Part shown: positions 40,213 through 53,657 of the stretch, piece after piece
Layout: each line of letters starts with the position of its first letter
Numbering within the stretch: the first letter of the stretch is position 1
NCBI GenBank assembly: GCA_964016885.1
Contig: OZ024742.1
Coordinates: 35,960,001 to 36,024,000 of the forward strand
Source: Eledone cirrhosa
Taxonomy: Eukaryota
DNA: 64,000 nucleotides
Direction: 5' to 3'
The notes under the pieces: model-generated
Database searches by the model: none
Told to the model about the DNA's origin: nothing
Seen by the model: only the letters and a program-made list of their open reading frames with translations
Translations under genes and position numbers: made by a program

Positions 40213-41439
40213 TATATAAATATATATATATATATGTATGTAAAAGGTAAACAGAAATAACAACACAATCGGTACAGTATATGGAAGGTATATATTAGGT
40301 TAACGCTTGATATAACAAGAATATATATATATATATACATATATATATGTATATATATGTGTGTATGTTTATATGAACATGATTGAGGATGTTTACAGGA
40401 ATTTATGAGGAAACTTGTATACACGTGACTATGTCAAATTGTGTGTCAGTGGGGGGAGGGACACCCCATAATTAAAAGTCAGTTCGATATATGAGGTAAC
40501 TGTAGGGATCAGTTTACTTTCTCTAGACAGGAAATATCCCTATTGACAGAGACCTAGATACATTTATTTAGAAAATACCACAAGATTCCACACAGAAAAA
40601 AAAGCTGAAATCTTCACTTTGGTTCATCAAACATCCACACCTTCTACTCCCTACCCACCACTAACACGATCCCCACCCCTTCACCACTACCAATACCACT
40701 TTCTAAGTTCAATTCCCGTCCGTCTGGATCAAGAAAATAAGTACCAGTCATATACTGGTACCGGCTCAATCGATTGTAACCCTGTTGCTATTTGTGGTCT
40801 TCTGGCAATCAAATTTTAATTCATGCTGTTATCTTTAACCCTCTTGAAACCATCCCACCTGAAATTGCTCAGGTTTTATGATAGAAAACCTACCATTTTC
40901 AAGTATTCATACTTATATTAAAAATTACATCATAATTTTATTTTAGAAATTGTTGTTAAATAATGTTCCAAATATCAGCTTATTAATAAAAAAAGTTGTT
41001 CTATTAAATTTCTCCATTTTTAAAATTATTTTAAAAATTAGTTGATACCGACATATACCGACAGGAGACCCAGCGGTAGACCCTAGGAAGAAGGTTGGAT
41101 AACATCCATGAACTCGGTTGGTTTCGCTTGAGAATTCAGCCGGATGAATTGGAGACGGAATAAGAAGTGAAATCCAGCAACAAATACGTTATGTTATGTT
41201 ATGTCCCAAACACGTTGTTATGTCCCAAATACCAACTAAATTATCAGTTAGTTATATTATCAAATTCCTCCCAATTCGAAATTTGAAAATCATAGGCAAT
41301 GTCTTTCATTGACTGTTATTGCAAGACTTGTTCTGATGTCCATGGTACCTAAGAAAACATTGTAAAATGTGGCGCTTTTTAAGACAATGGAGTCGAATTT
41401 GAGGAAAATGTTGCTGCTGTATCTAGTAGATGGAGCGAA

Positions 41440-42035
41440 CACGTATAGGTTCCTGCGTTGGTTCGCAAAAATTAAGATAGTCTGGAGAAAAGGTACAGCG
41501 GTTTTGGGACACAAACTCTTACGCTCTGAGCTCAAATCCCACTCACTAAGGTCACCTTTGCATTTCGCCGTTGCAAGGTCGATCATGAGCGATACCAGTT
41601 AAATACTGGGTTTGATTTAGTTGACTATAATCCTTCATTATATTAGAAATATTTATTATTATTGGTCGAATCGTTGGTGCTGTGTGATAATTAAGGCTCT
41701 TTATGCTTTGAGTTCAAATCCCAGGGAGGTCAATTTTTCCTTTTATCTTTCCGAGGTTGATAAAAGTATCAGTTAAGTGTTGAGGTCACTATAGTCGACT
41801 GTTCTCTTAAATTGCTGGCCTTGTGCCAAAATTAGAAATCATTTAGGTTGGTAGGTTGGCAGTTTCAGTAAAGCGTTGGATAGGGTGCTTTGCAATGTTC
41901 AAATCCCGCCTGGGTAAGTTTGCATTTCATTTTTCCTGGGTCGATAAAATAAAGTACCTATCAAATACTGGGGTCGACATAATCGAATTTTTTCTCCCCC
42001 TCAAAATCGCTGGCCCTGTGCTTAATTTAGAGACG
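41440..42035 (+). mobile_element. Three tandem decayed tRNA-SINE copies
   Basis: Repeated gagttcaaatccc..ttt.c.tttc..gtcgataaaa..ttgctggcc.tgtgc pattern. Confidence 0.6.
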
Positions 42036-42039
42036 ATTA

Positions 42040-42495
42040 TCATCATCATTACAACCACCACCACCACCACCACCACAATAGCCATCATAATCATCATCAT
42101 CATCATCACCACCACCACCATCATCATTATCATCATCACTACCACCATCATCATCATCACCATTATCACCGCCACCGCCACCATCACCACCACCATCACC
42201 ACAGTCACTATCACCATCACCACCATCACCACCACCATCACCAGCGCCATCACCACCATCACCAGCGCCATCACCAGCCCCATCACCATCATCACCACCG
42301 CCACCATCACCATCACCACCACTACCGCCACCACCACCACCATCATCATTATCATCATCACCACCACTACCATCACCATCACCACCACCGCCATCACCAC
42401 CGCCACCACCACCACCACCACCACCACCACCACCACCACCACCACCACCACCACCACCACCACCACCATCATCATCATCAACATCATCATCATGA
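42040..42495. repeat. (ACC/ATC)n microsatellite
   Basis: Direct inspection. Confidence 0.9.
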
Positions 42496-42791
42496 CTGAA
42501 GCAGTTAGAGGAAGAAGTAAACCTTAACCATTGTCATAACTGTTGTTGATAACAAGAAACAGTTATTCGTTGTTTTCTATTGATTTTTAACCAAAATAAA
42601 ACAAGGAATGTCAAATAACATTTGTTTAAGGTGCATTGCACATGAGAGTCGGATCGTTCTATATTTATCTGGTCAACTTAAATATTGTCACAGGTTACTA
42701 AAGTATAATCAAAGGATTCCGAAATCGATAAAAAATAGTGTTTAGAATTTCATTTAAGTAGACTCAATCAGAATAGATTGACTTTCACAGG

Positions 42792-43282
42792 AAATAGGAT
42801 ATAATGTGTAAATAGTATATAATGTGTAAATAGTATATAACGTGTAAATAGTATATAACGTGTAAATAGTATATAATGTGTAAGTAGTGTATAACGTGTA
42901 AATAGTATATAATGTGTAAATAGTATATAACGTGTAAATAGTATATAACGTGTAAATAGTATATAACGTGTAAATAGTATATAACGTGTAAATAGTATAT
43001 AATGTGTAAATAGTATATAACGTGTAAATAATATATAACGTGTAAATAGTATATAATGTGTAAATAGTATATAACGTGTAAATAGTATATAACGTGTAAA
43101 TAGTTCATAACGTGTAAATAGTTCATAACGTGTAAATAGTATATAACGTGTAAATAGTTCATAACGTGTAAATAGTATATAACGTGTAAATAGTATATAA
43201 CGTGTAAATAGTATATAACGTGTAAATAGTATATAACGTGTAAATAGTATATAACGTGTAAGTAGTGTATAACGTGTAAATA
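42792..43282. repeat. 18-bp minisatellite (TAAATAGTATATAACGTG), ~27 units
   Basis: Direct inspection; produces the YYLHVI pseudo-ORF. Confidence 0.9.
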
Positions 43283-43531
43283 CCGTTCGTTATGCAAGCT
43301 TCAGCATACCAAAACTTTATTTTTTATTATTTTATCCGTTTACTGGTTTCAGTCATGTGGCAATGCTGGAGCACCCTTCAAAGGTAGTCGTTTACAGATA
43401 TAACCTTCCAGGGTTCTACTATTATATATATATATATAATAGTACCAGTAATGCACTGTACTATTATATATATATATAAAGTACCAGTAACGCACTGGGT
43501 AATTGCTGGTCTTGTGCCAAAAAGTAGAAAC

Positions 43532-43585
<54 letters not shown>

Positions 43586-44329
43586 TCAGGTTATCAATAA
43601 TGTAGTGATAATATATCGTTACGTTAGAGATGAACAGCGTACGTGCAGGTTTGCTCAACGAGTATAAATTATATTCCGGAGAAAATGTAGAAAGGATGAA
43701 TATAAAATGAAAGTGCTTTTGTTAAAAAAGGAATTTATTAGGTATTGACATATGTTTCTGTAACAGACCGAATACCTATGTATCGCTGCTTGCGTAATCA
43801 TATAATGTTAGCAAGTATTCGATAGCAAATGTATAATCAGTTGTCACTTCTTCAGAGATTTTGGCTAAATTGGATAAAATCAGAAAAATTGAAGTATTTA
43901 TATTAGTAAAGGAGGAAGGAACAGAGGGGGTAGTATATGACAGATGGTAAATTAATTTACTGCTAAACAAGTATCTAATGGGTTTCTAATGAGAATACCA
44001 TGAGTAAATCTAAATAAGAATTTTGGGAGTGCCAATTTTAATCTCTACTTGACCAACTGGACAGTGGACAGGGCTGGTCATTTGGTGCAGTAGTATTAAT
44101 TATAAAGTGTCAATTGGGGAAAGGGGGAGATTTCGATTGCTACTAAATAACATCAATGCTAGTAGCCAGCTGGTATATGCATTAGGGAATTGAATCAAGA
44201 AATCAGAAATCTCATTTTATCTATAGCAGTTTGTATTAAAAGGTAAATAATAGAAGAGTTGATAGAATTAAGACTAATAAAGAATGTTAATATCTATTTT
44301 GACAATCAAACGGGGATAGAGACAGGCGT

Positions 44330-45792
44330 TCAATCCTGGTAGTATTTATAATATGAAAATGTAGATTTTAAGCGATGGTTACAGTATAACGATCGCTCTA
44401 TTCTGTTATTTAATAAAATGATTTTGGATTTCATAATACAAAATAATTCTACATTACATAATTTACAAAATTCCTGTCCATGGGATGGGGGGGGGGGGGG
44501 GGGGGGGGGGCAGCCGCTATTATATCCCATTTTAGGTGAAATTGTTGGTTATTTTCACGCAGCTGCCAAGCCTTGTCTGCGAGTGTTGTTACATAACGCT
44601 GGTTTTCATGTTTTATCGAGTAACGATGTCTATAAAGGCGTGATTTGAAGGAGGTGGCTGTAGATCCCACATAGTACCACTTCTGTCTATCCGATTCGAT
44701 AGTACATTTGTATACGATGTTGCGTTCAAGACACTGATTGTTCAACGGACACATTCCTGGTTGGACACAGTTGCAATTATAATTTTGCGTTGTTGTATTG
44801 CCATGGATGGGTTGATGAGGTTGCTTATGTAGGACAGGATGTTGTTTGTTGTTTTGTGATGTTATAGCTAATGTTTTACGTGTATTGTTATGTGTTGGAA
44901 GGCGTTTATACAACCGTTTTGCGTTAAGCTTTTTTATATGTTGTTCAATATTAGGGGCGGTTGAATATGAAAGTCGAATAGTGTTAGGGTTTAATATTTT
45001 ATTATATTTATGTGATGTTGGAAAGTGTTTTTTAACTAATCGAAAGAATTTTGAGGGTAGATTGGTTTTAATAGAGTTGTTATAGACCGGGTTGTACCAA
45101 ATATACTCCTTACATCGCCTTCTGTTTGGTGGTGTGCGACTATTATTGTGTCTATTGCGGTAGTGTATGTATGGTGGTGATTCTGTGCTATTTCTACTCC
45201 TATGTGATTTATTTTGGGTGTTTTGGTGATCTTTGACTATATACTCTATATTATCTAGGTGACCGGCTTTTCTAAGTGCATCATCATAATACTCGGCATG
45301 TTCTTTGAAGGTTTGTTGGTTGGACGATAGGCGGGAGATCCTAAGAGAAACATTTCTAGGGATGGATTTAATTATAGAGAGTGGATGGTTAGAACTCGTA
45401 TTTACATATTTAAGGTTCTCATTTAGTTTATGGAACGGTTTAATCGTATCTGTATTGAGATTGAAAGTAACATCAAGGAAATTGACCTCTTTGAGGTTAT
45501 ATTCAAATGTAATATTTAATCCTAGTTCCTTAAAAAGCTTTCTGATATTTTTACGCATCCTTTCTAAATTCTGGTTATTCATATGCTTAACTAATAGGAG
45601 CGCATCGTCACGGTAGATTCCACCGTGGAGATCCTTGAATTTTCCTTGTAATCTGTGGGTGATATAAATTCCCACAAGATCTGTTACTTCCGCCGAATCA
45701 TTAGAACCCATAGTGATATCAAAATTAGAAGGTCTATCTTTGCGAACCCAGTAGCTATCATCGAATTTAACTATAGTTTTCCTCGCTTCCAT
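44330..45792 (-). pseudogene. Truncated PLE RT-GIY-YIG (left copy), frameshift in the 24-nt C tract
   Basis: TMGS, IYRDD, NFLDVT, SNHP, CNC..CPL..IVY..YVGST; the C-terminal CKLC..LLN..CNH lies in a shifted frame (44330-44530). Confidence 0.88.
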
Positions 45793-45795
45793 TAT

Positions 45796-47483
45796 ATACT
45801 AGACAGAATTATCCCCCAAGTTAAGGTTAAAGTAGAGATTAAACTATGGGGTAACACTCATGAAGCAATAAGATGGTTTAATAACATTACTGATAAGAAA
45901 AAATCAAAATTTATTCAGTTTGATATTGATGAATATTATTCCTCAATTTCACCTGATACTCTACATGAAGCTCTTTCGTTCGCTAAGGATAATTCCGACC
46001 TTACGGATGCTGAAATAAAAATTATTATGGAAGCGAGGAAAACTATAGTTAGATTCGATGATAGCTACTGGGTTCGCAAAGATAGACCTTCTAATTTTGA
46101 TATCACTATGGGTTCTAATGATTCGGCGGAAGTAACAGATCTTGTGGGAATTTATATCACCCACAGATTACAAGGAAAATTCAAGGATCTCCACGGTGGA
46201 ATCTATCGTGACGATGCGCTCCTATTAGTTAAGCATATGAATAACCAGAATTTAGAAAGGATGCGTAAAAATATCAGAAAGCTTTTTAAGGAACTAGGAT
46301 TAAATATTACATTTGAATATAACCTCAAAGAGGTCAATTTCCTTGATGTTACTTTCAATCTCAATACAGATACGATTAAACCGTTCCATAAACTAAATGA
46401 GAACCTTAAATATGTAAATACGAGTTCTAACCATCCACTCTCTATAATTAAATCCATCCCTAGAAATGTTTCTCTTAGGATCTCCCGCCTATCGTCCAAC
46501 CAACAAACCTTCAAAGAACATGCCGAGTATTATGATGATGCACTTAGAAAAGCCGGTCACCTAGATAATATAGAGTATATAGTCAAAGATCACCAAAACA
46601 CCCAAAATAAATCACATAGGAGTAGAAATAGCACAGAATCACCACCATACATACACTACCGCAATAGACACAATAATAGTCGCACACCACCAAACAGAAG
46701 GCGATGTAAGGAGTATATTTGGTACAACCCGGTCTATAACAACTCTATTAAAACCAATCTACCCTCAAAATTCTTTCGATTAGTTAAAAAACACTTTCCA
46801 ACATCACATAAATATAATAAAATATTAAACCCTAACACTATTCGACTTTCATATTCAACCGCCCCTAATATTGAACAACATATAAAAAAGCTTAACGCAA
46901 AACGGTTGTATAAACGCCTTCCAACACATAACAATACACGTAAAACATTAGCTATAACATCACAAAACAACAAACAACATCCTGTCCTACATAAGCAACC
47001 TCATCAACCCATCCATGGCAATACAACAACGCAAAATTATAATTGCAACTGTGTCCAACCAGGAATGTGTCCGTTGAACAATCAGTGTCTTGAACGCAAC
47101 ATCGTATACAAATGTACTATCGAATCGGATAGACAGAAGTGGTACTATATGGGATCTACAGCCACCTCCTTCAAATCACGCCTTTATAGACATCGTTACT
47201 CGATAAAACATGAAAACCAGCGTTATGTAACAACACTCGCAGACAAGGCTTGGCAGCTGCGTGAAAATAACCAACAATTTCACCTAAAATGGGATATAAT
47301 AGCGGCTGCCCCCCCCCCCCCCCCCCATCCCATGGACAGGAATTTTGTAAATTATGTAATGTAGAATTATTTTGTATTATGAAATCCAAAATCATTTTAT
47401 TAAATAACAGAATAGAGCGATCGTTATACTGTAACCATCGCTTAAAATCTACATTTTCATATTATAAATACTACCAGGATTGA
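45796..47483 (+). pseudogene. Truncated PLE RT-GIY-YIG (right copy), frameshift in the 18-nt C tract
   Basis: Begins ILDRIIPQV..LWGNT..FIQFDIDEYY. The first ~47 aa of the predicted 45655 ORF are antisense read-through of the left arm. Confidence 0.88.
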
Positions 47484-47957
47484 ACGCCTGTCTCTATCCC
47501 CGTTTGATTGTCAAAATAGATATTAACATTCTTTATTAGTCTTAATTCTATCAACTCTTCTATTATTTACCTTTTAATACAAACTGCTATAGATAAAATG
47601 AGATTTCTGATTTCTTGATTCAATTCCCTAATGCATATACCAGCTGGCTACTAGCATTGATGTTATTTAGTAGCAATCGAAATCTCCCCCTTTCCCCAAT
47701 TGACACTTTATAATTAATACTACTGCACCAAATGACCAGCCCTGTCCACTGTCCAGTTGGTCAAGTAGAGATTAAAATTGGCACTCCCAAAATTCTTATT
47801 TAGATTTACTCATGGTATTCTCATTAGAAACCCATTAGATACTTGTTTAGCAGTAAATTAATTTACCATCTGTCATATACTACCCCCTCTGTTCCTTCCT
47901 CCTTTACTAATATAAATACTTCAATTTTTCTGATTTTATCCAATTTAGCCAAAATCT

Positions 47958-48066
47958 CTGAAGAAGTGACAACTGATTATACATTTGCTATCGAATACTT
48001 GCTAACATTATATGATTACGCAAGCAGCGATACATAGGTATTCGGTCTGTTACAGAAACATATGTC
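47958..48066 (+). ncRNA. Hammerhead-like motif with ~90-nt stem II (mirror copy 43747-43855, -)
   Basis: CTGAAGA-aGTGACA..TGTTACa-GAAA-CATATG-TC; nested helices inside stem II; stem I weak. Confidence 0.55.
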
Positions 48067-48120
48067 AATACCTAATAAATTCCTTTTTTAACAAAAACAC
48101 TTTCATTTTATATTCATCCT

Positions 48121-48188
<68 letters not shown>

Positions 48189-48265
48189 GTTTCAGAAGAT
48201 CCCGTTAAGGGTCAAAGCAGCGATTCTTTGCTTAAACTTTAATCTGTTATTTTAATAAATATATA

Positions 48266-48453
48266 TATATAAAGAGTCGGCACCCCGTCGGTTGAGCTCT
48301 TGCCGTTTCAACAGGTAGTTCCAGTCTGTTGAAACGGAAATAGTTCAACCGACGAGGTCCCGACTTTTTATAATATAAACATACTCTACTACCCCAAGTA
48401 TCGAGTACTCCGGTCAGTAATGGTCTAATCAGTTTCTAACTGATTCCACCCTG
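48266..48453 (+). mobile_element. Mini PLE fold-back plus tail
   Basis: Arms ~48266-48314 and 48325-48372; tail ACTC-TACT..AGTA-TC-GAGT, then an AATCAGTT/AACTGATT hairpin. Confidence 0.75.
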
Positions 48454-48475
48454 ATATATATATATATATATATAT

Positions 48476-48672
48476 AGGAAAAAGTATGACCCCGACGGCA
48501 GAGCTCAAGCCGTTTCGACGGCTATTTCTGGACTGTCCAGAAATAGCCGTCGAAACGGCTTGAGCTCTGCCGTCGGGGTCATACTTTTTCCTGTTTCCTA
48601 CTCTACTACCCTAAGTATTGAGTACTCTGGTGCGTTATGGTCCATCTGGTTCCTTACCACAATACCTTTGTT
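48476..48672 (+). mobile_element. Mini PLE fold-back (perfect 58-bp arms, 1-nt loop) plus tail
   Basis: 48476-48592 palindrome centred at 48534; GAAA-CGGCttgagctctGCCG-TC half-hammerhead; tail ACTC(48600)..GAGT(48620). Confidence 0.85.
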
Positions 48673-48949
48673 ATATAAATATATATATTCGCTGTTTTTT
48701 CCTTTTTCTTCCCTTTTCTTCCCTTCTGTTATATTTTTTCTCTCTCTCCCTTTTCCCCCAATAACTTCCTTTAGTTATTGACGCACTGGTGTTAGATGTC
48801 TTGTCTTTAATGTGTAGAAATATCCATGATCCCTAGCAGACAACTGATGAAAGAATATCATTCCTCGTTCGTACTTTCCCCTTATTTATAAATACACCTT
48901 ATCCAGCAACTACACAGCCACTGTTTCTTCTTAATTATATATATATATA

Positions 48950-49326
48950 GGGCGGTGGTTTGACAGTATCGGTAGAGCGTCAGACACCATGCTTTGCAGC
49001 ATAGTTATGGCCCTTTACGTTCTGAGTTCAAATCCGCCGAGGTTAACTTTGCCTTTCATCTTTACGAGGTCGATAAAATAAAGTACCAGTGATGCACTGG
49101 GGTAATCGCTGGTCTTGTGCCAAAAGTAGAAACTAGGGCGGTGGATTGGCAATATCGGTAGAGGGTCGGACGCCATGATTTGCAGCAAAGAGCTACGGCT
49201 CTTTATGGTCTGAGTTCAAATCCCGCCGAGGTTAACTTTGCCTTTCATCCTTACGGGATCGATAAAATAAAGTACCAGTAATACACTGCGATAATTGCTG
49301 GCCTTGTGCCAAAAGTAGAAACAATT
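48950..49326 (+). mobile_element. Two tandem tRNA-SINE copies
   Basis: 48950-49134 and 49137-49326; 10975 family. Confidence 0.85.
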
Positions 49327-49715
49327 ATATATATATATATATAACGATTTTTGTGAGATCAAAACATTGAAGATTAATAGCTGAATGAATGAAACAACTC
49401 ATTCATCTATTACACGCCTTTCCCTACGTGTATGACGTTACATCTCCCACACACGCTCCCATCGATTATGTTTGATTTCCGCCATTACAACTATATATGC
49501 GTCTCCATTTAGAGAAGGTGGGAGTCCATTTAGTTTGAATTTGTCACGGTGTATCGATTGGGATTTGCATAGTTTAAATTGAAATACACATAGGGATACA
49601 CATTCACACATTCACAAATAGGCACATACGCTTGAACCAACAAGCTTACGCACAAACACGCACAAGTACATTCAGCAAGAAATCGCATACATACACACGT
49701 GATAACACATGTGAC

Positions 49716-49819
<104 letters not shown>

Positions 49820-51500
49820 TATTTCAGTGAAAGGTAGCTTTATTACAAAGCCAAACACTCAGCATTGTAGAGGAAACCTTTAAGTGCTAGAAATAGCAGC
49901 TATATCTTGTTTAAACTCGAACCCCACCCTACTTAAAGTTAAAGTGCGACAATAATCGATTCTAATTTAGGCAGAAGGCCACCAATTCCGGTGGAGTGAA
50001 AAAGGTAAAAGATTATATCGATCCCAGTACTAGACTGGTACTTTATTTTATCGATCCCAGAAGGATAAAACGGCAAAGCTGTCTTTGGTGGTATTTAAAC
50101 TCATGAGGTAAAAGGAAAGACTCAGAAGTTACCTAAAATTTAAAAAAAACGGATTAAGATACCGAGATAAGAATTGACTGTAACTAGACCCTAATATTTA
50201 TAACAGAGTGGCCCCTGCTTAAAGGTACTCAAGGGTGGACCGGTGGTGATGTTAAACTGGACGAAATATTAGGTCTACCATCAAGGAAAACTTAATCAAT
50301 ATCTATCCAAAATTTAACACACAAGCAGGGTCAAACAAAAACAAATGGGGTCACTAAGCTAGAATTTGGCACTCCAGTCGCCTACTCACAAGAAATGTAA
50401 TGAAAATTAAAAGTACATGTAAGCCTTAAACATAGAACGATGCTGAGATTCTAGCATCGATCCATGCCAACCTCTGAAACCGAAATGACACCCAAAGACA
50501 GTACCGGATTATAGCAGCTAGAAGCCCCGAGATAAAAAAAAACAAACATCTGGAGCCCCAAGCACATACTAACAAGAATCTTAAAGAAAATAAAAGTGCA
50601 TGAATGTAGTCCTACTCATAGAACGATCCATACTCATTGATCCATACCAACCTCTAAACTAGAGAAAAGAAAATGACAATTATTTCTAAATTTTGACAAA
50701 ACTGCCGTGTGTCGTAGCTATATTTTAATATATATTTAATACGGGACAGCGTCCCTTGACTATCAGGCCGTGGACTACAGTCCACTGACTCCTTAAAGAA
50801 ATCCAATACTGCACGCAAGGCCTTGCTCCATCTTGAGGTTATGGTAGAAAAGACACTCAAAGATATTTGACTATCGAGCTGCGTTGGAGTGTTGAACCTG
50901 AAACATCTTTGTAAAGAGTAATTCTTTCTAATATGAACCCCTATGGTGTACTTAATGCTAACACGACAATACATGACGTATTATTTGCTCGCATGACAAT
51001 GCCCACACAACTATAACATACGCAAGCGATCCTCAGATGTTCTAAATCTCCTGTCACTAATAAATTAAGATTGTTTTTGAATGGATTCTAAAATTTCACC
51101 AGATAGGAATAAAATCAATTTATTTTATAAAAACAAACACTCCCACACGTGAGAGGATTTAGTAAACATTTTTTTTATAAAAAAAAAAGAAAATGAAAAA
51201 AACCTAAAAAACACAACTATATTCTAACACCATACATGGCAATTCCGACAATATCAACAACAACAACATAGTAATGATTTAAAGCAATCAAGTAAGGAGA
51301 CAGGAGAATCAATTGCCGGAAAATATATGATGCACTTGTAATAGTTTTTGTGGTTTAAAAGGTGGGCAACACGTATGATCTGTTACAGAGACACTAAGAC
51401 AGGTGAGAAGACAGAAGGAACTATTACAGACAGGTGATAGGTGATTATTACAGGTGATAGGAAAGAGGTGAGTACTACGGGTGGTAGGAAAGGGGGGGGG

Positions 51501-53371
51501 GAGTATTATAGGTGATAGGAAAGATGTGGTGAGTATTACAGGTGATAGGGAGGGTATGGTGTGTATTACAGGTGATAGGGAGGGTGTGGTGTGTATTACA
51601 GGTGATAGGGAGGGTGTGGTGTGTATTACAGGTGATAGGGAGGGTGTGGTGTGTATTACAGGTGATAGGGAGGGTGTGGTGAGTATTACAGGTGATAGGG
51701 AGGGTGTGGTGAGTATTACAGGTGATAGGGAGGGTATGGTGAGTATTACAGGTGATAGGGAGGGTGTGGTGAGTATTACAGGTGATAGGGAGGGTGTGGT
51801 GTGTATTACAGGTGATAGGGAGGGTATGGTGTGTATTACAGGTGATAGGGAGGGTGTGGTGAGTATTACAGGTGATAGGGAGGGTATGGTGTGTATTACA
51901 GGTGATAGGGAGGGTGTGGTGTGTATTACAGGTGATAGGGAGGGTGTGGTGTGTATTACAGGTGATAGGGAGGGTATGGTGTGTATTACAGGTGATAGGG
52001 AGGGTGTGGTGTGTATTACAGGTGATAGGGAGGGTATGGTGTGTATTACAGGTGATAGGGAGGGTGTGGTGTGTATTACAGGTGATAGGGAGGGTGTGGT
52101 GTGTATTACAGGTGATAGGGAGGGTATGGTGAGTATTACAGGTGATAGGGAGGGTATGGTGTGTATTACAAGTGATAGGGAGGGTGTGGTGTGTATTACA
52201 GGTGATAGGGAGGGTGTGGTGTGTATTACAGGTGATAGGGAGGGTATGGTGAGTATTACAGGTGATAGGGAGGGTATGGTGTGTATTACAAGTGATAGGG
52301 AGGGTGTGGTGTGTATTACAGGTGATAGGGAGGGTATGGTGTGTATTACAAGTGATAGGGAGGGTGTGGTGTGTATTACAGGTGATAGGGAGGGTATGGT
52401 GTGTATTACAAGTGATAGGGAGGGTGTGGTGTGTATTACAGGTGATAGGAAAGATGTGGTGAGTATTACAGGTGATAGGGAGGGTGTGGTGTGTATTACA
52501 GGTGATAGGGAGGGTATGGTGTGTATTACAGGTGATAGGGAGGGTGTGGTGAGTATTACAGGTGATAGGGAGGGTGTGGTGTGTATTACAGGTAATAGGG
52601 AGGGTGTGGTGTGTATTACAGGTGATAGGGAGGGTGTGGTGTGTATTACAGGTGATAGGGAGGGTGTGGTGTGTATTACAGGTGATAGGGAGGGTGTGGT
52701 GAGTATTACAGGTGATAGGGAGGGTGTGGTGTGTATTACAGGTGATAGGGAGGGTGTGGTGTGTATTACAGGTGATATGGAGGGTGTGGTGAGTATTACA
52801 GGTGATAGGGAGGGTGTGGTGTGTATTACAGGTGATAGGGAGGGTGTGGTGTGTATTACAGGTGATAGGGAGGGTGTGGTGAGTATTACAGGTGATAGGG
52901 AGGGTGTGGTGTGTATTACAGGTGATAGGGAGGGTATGGTGTGTATTACAGGTGATAGGGAGGGTGTGGTGTGTATTACAGGTGATAGGGAGGGTATGGT
53001 GTGTATTACAGGTGATAGGGAGGGTGTGGTGAGTATTACAGGTGATAGGGAGGGTGTGGTGTGTATTACAGGTGATAGGGAGGGTGTGGTGTGTATTACA
53101 GGTGATAGGGAGGGTGTGGTGAGTATTACAGGTGATAGGGAGGGTGTGGTGTGTATTACAGGTAATAGGGAGGGTGTGGTGTGTATTACAGGTGATAGGG
53201 AGGGTGTGGTGAGTATTACAGGTGATAGGGAAGGTGTGGTGTGTATTACAGGTGATAGGGAGGGTGTCGTGAGTATTATAGGTGATAGGGAGGGTATGGT
53301 GAGTATTACAGGTGATAGGGAGGGTGTGGTGAGTATTACAAGTGATAGGGAGGGTGTGGTGTGTATTACAG
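51501..53371. repeat. 30-bp minisatellite GGTGATAGGGAGGGTGTGGTGTGTATTACA, ~61 regular units
   Basis: Exact 30-bp period from 51541 to 53370. Confidence 0.95.
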
Positions 53372-53657
53372 AAGGTAAGATGGATTCAATACATGTCAAA
53401 ACAGCATATTAAACTGCCGTAACCAGGTTCTAATACTTACAACTAAGTGAACCCCGTTGATGTACCTAGGTGTGGGCAGCGGATGGTGGCGTTAAACTGA
53501 GTGAAGAATGAGGTCTAACACCAAGGATATGTACAATCATCTGTTTACTTAAAATTTTATATATATGATTAATTCAACTTTGCAGCTATCTGAGAAAAGA
53601 CATTTCACCTTTTCGTTACCATATTTGTAATGAAAGACAGCACCCATGGTTTTTAAA

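Larger units (their letters stand above)
43580..48125. mobile_element. Head-to-head (palindromic) pair of 5'-truncated Naiad-type PLE copies in (TA)n
   Basis: Arms 43688-45792 (-) and 46027-48125 (+) are near-identical reverse complements. The right copy has ~230 bp extra 5' RT sequence; the left copy has an extra 108-bp 3' tail. Confidence 0.92.

Noticed and set aside
42792-43282. Regular repeat array and YYLHVI ORF, superficially CRISPR-like
   Set aside because: Contiguous 18-bp units with no unique spacers; eukaryotic minisatellite.
45655-45795. Novel N-terminus of the 569-aa ORF
   Set aside because: It is the antisense of the left arm read through the inversion junction, not a real N-terminus.
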